From Podarcis bocagei (lineage: Eukaryota): 64,000 bases of DNA. The first letter of the stretch is position 1. The number at the start of each line of letters is the position of its first letter. Below the pieces are notes generated by a model. It searched no databases. It was not told where the DNA came from and saw nothing but the letters and a program-made list of their open reading frames with translations. Below are positions 52,720 to 64,000 of this stretch, one piece after another. The stretch lies in NCBI GenBank assembly GCA_964188305.1, contig OZ076886.1. One strand, given 5' to 3'. A program made the position numbers and the translations under genes.

Positions 52720-54614
52720 ACTCCTGACAGGTCTCTCCAGTGTCTGGTTATGGTGTTTCTGGCTGCTGAAAGTAGGTGGGTTATGAGTTCTTTGTGGTGT
52801 AAATGGGCATTGTTGTCTTGGAAGATGTTTAGTAGGGCCAATTCTGGGGTGATGTCTAATACTTGCTTGGTTATTTTACATATTTCTTGTATGACTGTTG
52901 TCCAGAATAGTTGGATTTTGGGACACTCCCACCACATGTGGAGGTATGTGCCTGTGCAGGTGCACCCTCTCCAGCATTTTGGTGAGGTTCTTGGGCGTCG
53001 CCTTCACCCCGGTATGGCTCCCCTTTATCACATACACAGCCCAACAAGACAATGACAATAATCCACCAACAGCATACAAATCAATATGGCTAACCTGATC
53101 CAAAACACCCACCCACCCCACTCACACACGAAAACAAAGATCACCACAGCCAATCACAAACAAACAATCACACCCTAGGCCAACCCCAACCTCTCTCACC
53201 ACCAAAGGAACACAAGTGAACAACACAAGCAAGGCTGACACCAAACTCTACATACATTAAGCATAATTGAAACATCGCCACCCGACCCCACCCCCATCCA
53301 TCTTCCCTCCCTCCACCCCCTTTCCCCCCCTTTTTTTCTTCTCCCCCTAATGTCTCAACAAATGAAACGGATTTGTAAAAATGTTACATGGAAAAAAATA
53401 CGAGGCATTACACTTACTTCTGTAAAACAATAAAATCCTTAATAAAATATTTAAAAATAAAAATAAAAAAGTAAAGTAGGCAGTGGCACCTGAGTTAAAT
53501 TCTTATAAGCTCTGTTTTTACCCTAAATAAACTGTGTTTTATTTTGCTCTGTGAACCCTCCTCTTTCTGGGTACCAAAATAGAGTTATAGGGGAATAGGA
53601 AAGGGAGGGAAGATATAAGACCTTTTTCTAATGATGATGGTTCCTGGTTAGTCCACCTAATATGTCTCTAGCTTTAAAATTTCTGCACCTACTGTGCTTA
53701 AACACTCTAGTGCCTTACAGGTGTTGCAGTTTTCTGTGAGAAACTAAAGCACCCCCAATTGTAGAGAGCGTTAAAAAGAAAGTGTGTTTGGGTTGTTAGC
53801 AGCTGATTATAGTTTTGTGGGTTTACTGGCATTTCTTTTTAATAGGAACCATGTGAGGGTCAACTCAAAGAGGTTGGTAAAAAACAACACACATTGCTTA
53901 AAATGCATAGGCAAATAACATTTTGAAGGTTTCTAATTTTGTGCTCTTTCCATTGAATTCAGTAGAGAATTGGATGTTAACTGCTCTTGAGCTGTGGTTG
54001 GCTGTAGTGCACATGTCCAAACACTGTTATTAAGACAAGTGACTCTGAAGAACCCTTGGGAAGTCTGAACCCTGAAGGCTCTCCAAGCTATTGGTTCCAG
54101 ACAAAACACAGTCCAACCACAAGAGGAAGATACTGATGTGTCTAGACTGGCTGCCTTCCTTTTTAACATGGCCTGCCACAGAAAACAGCCTGTGAATGTT
54201 CTGTGATCTGTCACTGATTTATCCTTCTTGCCTGACTTTCCCACACTTAAACTTGTATTTCTATAGCATCATTTTATTTCCATAACTGGCTTAAACTTAA
54301 TGATGTGTGATTAGAATTTGTTTCTTTTCCATACTACTGGATCGGTCTTTTATTCTTCCCCTTCTGTGATACTTGGAAGAGAGTGAGCAATCCAGAAGAA
54401 AGAGAACATGGAACAGGGAAAGGCACATGTAGTGGTTGTGCCCAAGTGGCAGCCATGACACCTACCTACAACATTTCATAGCTTCTTGTAATTGCGAGCA
54501 CAGTAACATTGTACATTGTTGAAGGCGGAACCTGCTATATATGGTATTTGTTTATTTGCTTACAGTGAGTACATGACAGTGGGGTCCCAGGGTTAAATGT
54601 AGATTTTTTATATT

Positions 54615-54945
54615 GGGACTGAGGAACTTGAGGTCCAGGAGCCAAATGCCAGAGGGTTCTCTATCTGAGCCTTAGATCTTTCCCCAGCCCACACCCTTCC
54701 CTGCTTCACACCACAACTGTTTGCCTGGTTGGAATATGTCCTGGATCCCTTAATGCCACTTGCCTATCTTGATGGAGTGGGGTGTGTAAATGTATGTAGA
54801 AACTAGCCTACTGTACAAAGATAAAGTTTACATCTCTTGCTCTGCTCACTTTTGCCTCTTGCCTTGCCCATCACTGGCAGGTGAGCCTTAGAAGGTTGCC
54901 CAGAAGGGAATGCAGTGCTTGGGCTGACTGAGGTTCTCCATTCCT
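54615..54945. mobile_element. Old non-autonomous DNA element; second copy near 57150-57485
   Basis: Shared blocks AGAAACTAG..TACTGTACAAAG.TAAA and AG(G/A)TTGCCCAGAA.GGAATG in both copies. Confidence 0.6.
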
Positions 54946-55274
54946 CTTCTAGTTACTCAGATAATGCTTCATTGTTATGTATCTGGTCTGCAGAATATGC
55001 AAGCTATGTGTTAAATTCAAATTAATCTGGAAAAGCATTGAGGGTACAGTGAATGCATTTCCCTACTTAAGATTCATCTAGATTTTAGAGTGATTCTTCA
55101 ACCTTTTTTCTTCAACAACACTGGCATAAATATTTAATCTTGATGCCCTTATGTCCACATGGGTCTTTTCACTGCATGGACAAATTTCCATTGTGGACAG
55201 TGTTCTTTGAAACCAAATTCATAAATTCTTGGCTCTGACTTACCAGGTCCAGTGGAAGACTGAAGCTAAGGCCT

Positions 55275-55350
55275 TGTTCTTGTTCTCGTTTAGTTGTGTC
55301 TGACTCTTCGTGACCCCATGGACCAGAGCACGCCAGGCACTCCTGTCTTC
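55275..55350 (-). mobile_element. BovB-like RTE 3' end fragment
   Basis: GTTTAGTTGTGTCTGACTCTTCGTGACCCCATGGACCAGAGCACGCCAGGC is the reverse complement of a BovB-type 3' end. Confidence 0.75.
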
Positions 55351-58300
55351 ATGCCCTTTATTAATAGCTGTCTCCAACAATGAGAAGTCATGCTGATCTT
55401 CCTAAATTGATCTAAATACATATCCTCTTAAGTGTCTGAAATACACACTGAGTTTTAAAAGTGTACGCACTCCTGTTGTTTGTGTAGGGTGTCCTCAAGT
55501 ATCACAGGGCCTTTCCTACTCCCAGAATGGTAGGACTCCAGCTGGAAATTACATTTGGCACAAACAAACCGTAGTGTATTACAGCTTTAATAAATAGGTT
55601 TCTTCCCCTACCAGGTAATGTATTCCAAACTCATCCCCATACACTACTTTTTTTTTCTTTTTCTTTTTTAGATGCTCAAGTATGAAAGTCACAGCGTGTA
55701 TAAGAACAACCCTTCTGCGTTCAGGGTATTTGCTCAGTGCTTAGCATTAGTAAGGATTACCAAACAGACACTGGCATGGATCATCTTGAAATAAGTCTGC
55801 TAAAATCACAGTTAAATTGTGTCATCAGCTGTTGAATGAACTCATTCCTCCAAGGGATGGAAATGTCATGGCAATAAAGCTGAAGATATTTACTGAGTGG
55901 TAGCTGGCACAGAGTCGAGAACAGGGCTAGATCAGAAATAATGAATACTCCTCAAAAACAACACCAACACAGGTGATTACAGAAGAATTACCTAAGATAA
56001 ATTAACATACTAGAGATCTTTCTCCACCTCTTCCCAATTTAAACTTGCGTTAGGATTAGTAGATTTCCCGATTCCCTATTTTGCCCAATTAAAGTTACCC
56101 TCAGGTTTTCTATGCTTTTCATGTGCAGACCATGCCAGAATCAGAGTATAGGATTTCATTCCAACCCGTTAGCAAAATGGCTCAGATCTGTCGCAAAGGA
56201 TTTATAGCCTGAACTAAATGATGAGGCCACTTTCTTCAGGCAATGTGCAGTTGCTAAAATGTGCATTAAGCTGAGGAACTGCCGGGTGCGGTTTCTTTTC
56301 CTTTTAATAGTTAACGGCATTTCCCTGCACTGTCTCATGCCCAGAACTATAAATTGGACAGGAAATGTCCTGAAGTAGAATCAACGATATCTGGTCCCCA
56401 AAAACCAGATTAGATTTATGAAATGTGCCTTTCCTCCTGAGAACTATGCTGCCTGTGATGACACAGTCCTGCTCTGACTGAGGATGAGCAGAGACATATG
56501 GTTCCATTCTGTGAAGTTTTGAAGAACTAGGAATACAGCCATTCACTTGCCTGAACTCTGGAATTAAATTTGGAAGCTGGAATGCACCAAAGGTTTAGTG
56601 TAGTAGTGTAATAGGGAATGGGAGGGTAGCCATGTTCTCCAGTCACTGCTGCATACTAACTAGTCCCATTAGAACTGAGTTTTGTCATTCTTGTAGAAAG
56701 GAGTAGCCTGGCAGTGCCTTCATGGGTACTTGTTCCAAGCAGAAGGAAACCAACCTTGAACTGACAGTTGGGAAAGTGAGGAGAGGTCAAGGGTAAGAAA
56801 AAGAGCCTTTGGATTCTGATGCAGTTGGGATGTCAGTCTGGAAGAGGGGTTGGGCGAGGGTTTGTGGTCACTGCTAGTTCCACTCCCAGTTGGATACTTA
56901 ATCTTTGCACAACTGGGGGGGGGGCATACACCCAGAATTTCCCAGACATATCCGGAATACCACAGCCATCAACAGCATCCGGGCAGAAATTGGACAAATG
57001 TTTTGGGAAATCTGGATGTATGGCACACCATGTCAGCAGTGCTTATTTTGCTTTAAAATAGCTCAACTTTTCTGTCTTTTCACTGTTTGAAATATGGTAA
57101 CCCTATTAACTAGTCACATGTATTCTATTTCTCCAGGGCTAAGTTGTTTAAAGCAGTTATGTGGGGAGCCCCAGATCAGTCTATCTGGCCCTCAGAAATC
57201 TCCTCACTCTTCCAAGGTTGCACCCCTCACTGCTCTCATTCATACATGCATTCTACATACTATGAGCTTGCTGGAATGTGTCCTTCAAGTTTAATAGATA
57301 GATAGAGAGGGGTGATGGAATACCTGCAGAAACTAGTATACTGTACAAAGGTAAAAATTACACCATTTTTGTCCCGGACCCCATCTACCACTGCCATGCA
57401 GTCCTCAGAAAGTTGCCCAGAAAGGAATGTGGCCCATCTATGCAGTAAGTGAAGAGTGTCCTTCTTTCTCATTTGACTCCCAACTTTTGTCTGTGAAACT
57501 AGAGGTTCACTAACACAGGATAATCAGGTTTGTATGGCAACAGTAGATCTGCAGGTAATTATTGTAATTTTAAGTTAGTCCTTTTACGCCACCTGCCCTC
57601 TTGAAGGGTAGTTTATGATATATGTGCACAGCATATTTTGCAATGGAAAGAATTTCATTTAAATTTGTGACAGGCAGATAAATATTTAGTATCACATTAT
57701 TGTATATTGAATGAGGCCCATTATTACTCTCTGCTACAAGTGTGTACCATCATTACTCAGCTCTGGAGTTTATGACTATGCTTTATAGGATGCATATTGA
57801 ACATTCATCTTCACTTAGCCTCTGGCACTTATGAAAAATACCTTGTGCAGTAAGCTGACTCCCCACCCCCCACCCCACCCTCAAGAGCCTGCTTCTCTGA
57901 ATGAAGTTTAGAGTTGACTTTATGGGTGCAGGGTTTGTTGTTGTCACTGCTTTTTATATAAATGGTCAGAAAACTAGCTCCTGTTACTCATGGCTGTAGG
58001 AGCAGGATTCTGGGTTAGAGGGATATTTGCATATTGGCTACACTGTGTATACAGTTTTATTTCATAGGCAGCAAACTAAAACCTAATTATACTTCCTGCA
58101 TTTTGTGAAAATTACGCATTGAAGGGTTAGTGCAGAGGTTAATATTAACAGCACAATCCTATGTCCACTTGCCTGGGAGTAAGCACCATTGAATACCAGG
58201 GAACATATTACTAAGTAAGCACGTAGAATAATGGGCTGTAATCCTGTAAAAAGACTATGTTCATCCTAGTAATTTTGGAGCACTCTATTACCTCCTGCCT

Positions 58301-59671
58301 TGCCTGTCCCACCCCCATCATTCTTACCTCTTGGCGTGCTTTTCAATGTTTAGCAGGGAATGCACAGCTGTCTGGACTTGGGGCGGGGCTGTGGAGCAGA
58401 TGGAGGTGGCATTTTCAGTCTTGTCTGGAGTAGCAAAACATCCTGAATATTAACAGCAAACTAATCCAGAGGTGGGGGTTCTGTTGCTCTCCAGGTGTTC
58501 CTATATTAACAGCTCCCATCATCCCTAACCACTGACCATACTGACTGGGGTTTATGGGAGTTGGGGTCCAACAATATCTGAAGGATGAGGTCCCAAAGTG
58601 TTACTTACCACAGACTGTAAAGCAGGGTGGTTATATGCCCCAGTGAGGAGACACTGCCACCAGTAGATACTGTTACATTATTGGTTCTGATAAGTTAAAC
58701 TGTTTTTTTAAATCTTGCTTCTGCTGAACAATTCATTTATGGAAGGAAACATGGGCAACATGGGTTTGCAGACTTTGATTTAAGTTGGAAGTTACCACCC
58801 ATTCTTACAGAAGAGTGTCACATTATAAAAATGTAGCTACCCATTTCCTTCAAATTAAAGGAAGCACCTTCTTGTTAATTCTGTGGGCATATTCTGTGCA
58901 GCTAGGATCAGTTGTGTCTGTTAGAACTTGAGCAGAACAGTTCTCTTGCCTAACTGAACACTGAGGAGCTATATTAAATGAAGACAAAACATAACAAACA
59001 AATGTCAAGATACTGATTTATAATAACAGTTAAAAATAATAATCTTAAATGACAAAGTGAGGAATTGATAGTTCAAGTCTGGCTCATGTACTGCAGCTAT
59101 AAATATACATTTTCTACTCATCTTGCTTTAAATGGATTTTATTTTTATCCCATAATTTACCTAGCTTTGACATGGGTTTTGGGCAGAGTGTTTGTTCGCA
59201 GTATAATTAGCAATCAGACCTAAAGATCTAGGCAAAGTGAACTTCACTGCACAAGAATCACTTTTTCCTTATGATAAGGTCGGGCAAGATGGCACAACCA
59301 TACAGTCTCTGTAGTTTACCTTCTCACAATCTTCACAGACAATTTCAAATACCAAGCCTGCCTTTTTTATATTTGTAGGTACTCATTTGCTTACTTTCTG
59401 TTCCTCGCTCTATGAAAAGGAACAAAAACATAATTAACTTTATATCTAAAATTATCATGAAATTAAACATTCCAATCACTGCAATGATTTTAATGCCTGG
59501 ATTAAGGTGTTTTGCAAGTGTTTGAGTTGCAGTGGGTGCTATTCACCTCCAGTGCAAAATTCTGGTTGTATTGTTTTTGTTCTACACTTGTGGCTGGGGA
59601 AACCTAGGCAGATGGCCGGGGTATAAATAATAAATTATTATGATGATGATGATGTTGTTTAAACTACAGTA

Positions 59672-59760
59672 AGGCTGCAATCCTAACACCTGTTAACTAG
59701 AAGTAAGCCCTATTGAATTCAATGAGATTTGCTTCTGAATAGGAACCATTAGGACTGCTG
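59672..59760. repeat. ~85-bp palindromic interspersed repeat (related copies near 24545-24622 and 58150-58240)
   Basis: GCAATCCT...AGTAAGCCC.ATTGAATTCAATG...AGGA(C/T)TG hairpin architecture. Confidence 0.55.
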
Positions 59761-59765
59761 TCTAG

Positions 59766-59900
59766 GTGTCCTGTTGCACCAGAAGCTGCCTGTGAACAAA
59801 TGCTGGCTCCCTCGGCCTGAAAGCAAGATGAGCGCTGCATCCCCATAGTCACATTTGACTGGACTTAATCGTCCAGGGGTCCTTTACCTATACCTTTTAC
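59766..59900 (+). mobile_element. Sauria SINE 3' fragment
   Basis: GCTGGCTCCCTCGGCC...GGGGTCCTTTACC tail; CTGTCTAG on both sides. Confidence 0.8.
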
Positions 59901-61619
59901 CTGTCTAGTTATGTAGTAAAAACCAAACACAACTGGACATATACATTAATCATCATGGATCTGAATGCCATTCTCTTCCTGTGATTGGCTGCTAGTATTG
60001 GCCAGACCTGATGTAAGTAATTGGAACCTGGACTTCTGATCTTGCCTGCTCAACAGCAGGTCAAGTCTCCACTTTCAGTAATGAAAGAAAACCTTCATAA
60101 CAGTCTCTGTCTAGGTGTAACTACATATGACCACAACATAACAAACATAACAATATTTGATAATCATGGCTCTCTGTTTTTGATCAGGGAATGGAGAATG
60201 GAATGTTTGATAACCCAAATAAAAGTGATGAACACTGAAAGGGAGACTTATGGGGTGGACTGTCTTGGAAATATTAGGCCAGGTACTTGGATTGTTTAGA
60301 TTGTGATCACTTTGGAAACAGAAATGTGTTGGGGGGGATGCTGAGTATAAGAGATAGAGGAGGCTATATAGCCATGAAGTAAATGCATGAAGTGCATCTC
60401 TAGGGATCTCACCACCATCTTAGTCCCCCCTCACCTTCCTTGTAGACTACATTATGCACCCTGCATGGACTGTCTTTGAAAACATTTAGTCTCAAGCTAG
60501 TTAAGAATCTTTCCATCCTCAAGGGAAGTGGCTTTGGTGTTTTTTTTTCTTCTTACCATCATGAAATATGGACTACCTGACTCTTGTGGTTGCAACACAA
60601 CCAGAAATGTGAGTTAGATTCTAAATTTGCTCCTTCCAACCCAAGTGTTTCCAAACTGCTGCCCATATTAGGTAGCCTGCTTTGTTTACCAACACTATCC
60701 AAACCAATGGTTTGTTTTTTTACCATTGGCTTATGGCTAGAACAAAAACTGATGCAACACAATTTGATGTGTGCAGGACAGAACAGGAAGCTGGAGAATC
60801 AAACACTCCCGCCACAGTGGGAGCCGGTGCTCATGGTTCAAGAAAATGCCTCTTACAAGAGAAATTGCTATATAGGACATATGAGTCCCTGTTGTGATTA
60901 TGAAAAATATTCTCTCCTCCTCTAACTGCTGGTGCCTTGATACATATTATGTGGTACTGTGCTGTTGCTACACAATTGTAAACAGATCTAAGATTTATGG
61001 ACAAAAAAGCATTAATGGGATACCTCCCTAAAGTATTGTGTCCTTACCCCAAGACAGTGGAAATGGATCAGTTGCATGAACTAGCTGCATACTATGCATC
61101 TTTTTCCCCATATCAATACTTATTTACAGGATTTATTTGTTGGCCATTTGTATTTTATGGTGTTTTAATGAATTTAGTCATATTTTTAATGAGATGGTTT
61201 AAAAACAGTCTTATGAATAAGTAAATAGTGCATATTACAGACATTAGATGCCTGCCAAACTATAGGGCAAACCTGCAGCAAATTCAGTGCTTGCTGCATA
61301 CAAATATATTTTGTGACAGCTCCATAAACAGAAAATGAGAAAAACCTAAGAGTTCTGACCCAGCTCCTCTTCCCTTTCCCACCTTCCTCCCTCCCTCAAC
61401 CAGCATTCTGTTTCACTTTAGTTTCCTTTTTATTGTTATTGTTATGGTTGTGTTTGTAGTGTTGATATGAACTGGAAAAAAAATCAGTGAAAATACTATT
61501 GCTATACAGAATAAAAAAGCAAGCATCACCCTTTATTGCTGACCAAAGCTGCTGCAGAGACCTCCATTCTGAGAGCTTCACTGGCTCATAGGTTTTCAGG
61601 CACAGCTGAAGTTCTTCTA

Positions 61620-61975
61620 TGATCCTTTCAATTGTGAAGTGCTCTCGCCCAACCCACAGCCTTGGAAGAATGCCTGTGCTCACTTCAGTTTTCTTGTGTT
61701 AGGAAGCCACTCTTTCTCCTGGGTGGCATCTCATCTTTGTGAAAGACGAGGAGGCTCACTAGGCTAGTTTCCTCGTTGCCTTTTATGAGTTAATCAAAGC
61801 ATCCTTATTTTGAAAGGCTTTTGAAGAAGCTGGCTAATAAAATTTTATTGCTGCTGATTCTGCATTTTTATAGATTTTTAGCTTTCTGTTTGTTGTGGTT
61901 TCTTTTTTATATTTTTACTTCTTTGGGCTTTGAATTGTATTTGGAGTGATTTTTATGTGAACCTCCTGAGTGCAA
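61620..61975 (+). mobile_element. Possible degenerate L2 3' region
   Basis: Pattern resembling squamate L2 3' ends (...CCTTATTTTGAAAGGCTTTT, then a T-rich stretch and TGTGAACCTCCTGAG). Confidence 0.4.
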
Positions 61976-62446
61976 AAGACATATATATATGACATACATT
62001 CTTATAACCTATTTAACTTAATTTCTCACAACTGATAAGTTCAAATTTCCTTCTTGTGAAAATGTTTTGGTTGAGATTATTTTGGGGTGCAGGGGGGTAA
62101 ATAAAAATAATGTGCAATGCAGGGATACACACAATTCATCTTTAAGAAGCAATAAGAGAAAATGTGCTGGTCAACGTTTTAAAGATTACAGATGAACAGA
62201 GAGGCCCTATGTCAAGGTGACATACTGTCATGAATTCATTGCACTGGCACAACGACAATGCATACCACTGGCATTACAGCACGTGAGGATAGGAAGCCTC
62301 AGTTCAAGAACAGCCCTGAAGCCACTGGAGCTGAGTGGAACCCACTGAGTTATGAGGTTTCATTGAGGCCTGTTCAGTCAGAGATTCAAAAAGGAAGGTT
62401 GAAGGTGAATGGTCACTTGGATGAAAGACCTGTGGTTTGTCTAGAG

Positions 62447-62797
62447 CACGGGTGTCAAACACAAGGCCCGCGGGCCGAATCCGGCCCGCCAGACCTCGTC
62501 ATGTGGCCCGTGTAGCCACCACCGGCCGCCAGCCTTCACCTTTTATTCTTGCTTTTTTTTTTTTTACACAAGAAAGCCGCCTCTTCAGCGCATGCGCGGC
62601 AGCCTACAAGCCAGAGAACGTCTGCCCTTTAGCGGCGCCGGCCGTTCTACACAGGAAACCTCCACTTTACATGCATTCAGGAAACTTCCACTTGTTTTTA
62701 TATTGAGCGCATATTGAGTCCTATAGATACAACCGGCCCTTTGAGGGTGACCAAACTGCTGATGCGGCCCCCGATGAATTTGAGTTTGACACCCCTG
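62447..62797. mobile_element. hAT-Charlie-type non-autonomous element
   Basis: TIR CA(C/G)GGGTGTCAAAC; perfect 8-bp TSD GTCTAGAG (62439-62446 and 62798-62805); GGCCCG subterminal motifs; CpGs retained. Confidence 0.93.
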
Positions 62798-63739
62798 GTC
62801 TAGAGTGAAACCAAGTGAAGCTGTCCATGTTTATACAGTCTTTATCAACAGTCATTCAAAAATGTGTTTATTCTTAATGGAACAAATCCTAAGCTTTTGT
62901 GGGGGACAGTCAACAAGAAATCGGGTACTGCAGGCTCCCTTTTCATGAGGGAGGTCTGCAGTTACACGTCCTCACAGTGCAATGGTAGAAAGCTCCACTG
63001 CTGTCACTGTTCTACTGGTGGTCCTCTGTATGTAAAGAAGCCACGCACAAGGCATTCCGGGGGCAGGTTGAGAAAAGCCATGGATTTGCAGGATCCAGAG
63101 CCTTAATATTCTGTGGACATGTCTTTCCCCTCCCCCTGCACGCCATACGCCAGTCCACAGCTGGTGTATGCATTTCATTCCTGCTGTGGTCAATGGAAGA
63201 TAAAATGTAAAAAGGAATACAAACGCAGGTCAAAAAGTTGCCTCCCCCTATCCAACGCAATACAGCTAGGTTCTCCCTGCAGCAGTGGCTGTGCCACAGT
63301 TCTCTCCTCATTCAGGAAGGTATATATTAGAAAATGTAAGTTTAGGAATGGGGAGTGAGGTATCTGTGTGTGTGGTATTGGAGTGGTTAGGAAATGCTGA
63401 TCACATACCTTATTTCTATCAAGCTGGCAAATAAATATTTGGAATCCCACATGCTGCAACAAGTGAATCTTGCCAAGCTAATATCTAATTTCGTCACTAC
63501 TTGAAGCATCCATTCCGGGTATATCATGCCAAATGGACATTTTATATACGTACCTTTACAGGAGGGACAGTGCTGTCCTGTTCACTTTTGATATGACTGC
63601 TGACAGCAAGGCTTTTCCCTTTGCATTAGCTGACAATGTCAGTTTGCTTAATTATACAGAGCACCTGAATTTCGACCTTGAAAACTCTGATGGATTGCAA
63701 CTTCCTGGCAAAAATCCAGCCTGAATCATCATCTCCAAA

Positions 63740-64000
63740 TCCAGGCTTGGTGGCTTTGTCTCTGCAGTCATGGTCCATCTCTTCAAATCCCTCTGCTGTT
63801 TTGTTCATTCAGTTCATTGCCAAGGCAAGAAAATGGTCCAGCACATCCACTGCCACGCCTGTAGATATAAAGGAGAAATGGAGCTGTGTGTCACCAGCAT
63901 ATTGCTGACAACATATAACCAAAATCCAGATGACCCCCCACAGTTTCAGGTAGATGTTAAACAGCATGGGAGATAAAATCAGACCCTGCAGAACCCCACA
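63740..64000 (-). mobile_element. Degenerate L2 LINE RT fragment, continuing past the window edge
   Basis: - strand reads CGVLQGLILSPMLFNIY...CQQYAGDTQL, resembling L2 GVPQGSILSPMLFNIY...QYADDTQL. Confidence 0.8.

Larger units (their letters stand above)
45928..53468. mobile_element. Older 5'-truncated, 5'-inverted L1 (pieces 45928-45970 and 52720-53468), interrupted by the full-length L1
   Basis: 17-bp TSD AAGTAAAGTAGGCAGTG at 45911-45927 and 53469-53485. The - strand ORF2 piece PKCWRGCTCTGTYLHMWWECP...RHWRDLSGV continues across the insertion as SMDQWYQILWET. A + strand piece from ~52997 reads AFTPVWLPFITY...*, then 3'UTR and an A-rich tail. Confidence 0.9.

Noticed and set aside
52584-52937. 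117-aa - strand ORF as an independent gene
   Set aside because: It is the ORF2 C-terminus of the older L1 running by chance into the duplicated segment.
62864-63462. Cluster of short ORFs as first exons of a downstream gene (IQSEC1 neighbours NUP210 in human)
   Set aside because: None of the translations resembles a protein I recognise, and there is no promoter-type CpG island outside the hAT element.

Overview
Eukaryotic genomic DNA from a squamate reptile, most likely a lacertid lizard, judged from Podarcis-type Sauria SINEs, BovB/RTE, CR1, L2 and Tigger/hAT MITEs. Positions 809-42501 hold the last 28 coding exons of NUP210 (gp210 pore-membrane nucleoporin, + strand). I traced all 28 by hand: every intron is GT-AG with matching phase, and they join into 1353 codons plus stop with no frame break. 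A ~3 kb 3'UTR follows. Just downstream (45911-53485) is a layered retrotransposon structure. An older 5'-truncated, 5'-inverted (twin-primed) L1 with a 17-bp TSD was split by a young full-length L1 of another family (- strand, intact ORF1 and ORF2, 8-bp TSD). The young L1 carries, between its 5' end and its TSD, a near-perfect 450-bp copy of NUP210 3'UTR sequence from ~1.7 kb upstream, suggesting capture of local sequence during integration. The rest is intronic or intergenic DNA with many transposon relics. No second host gene was recognised.
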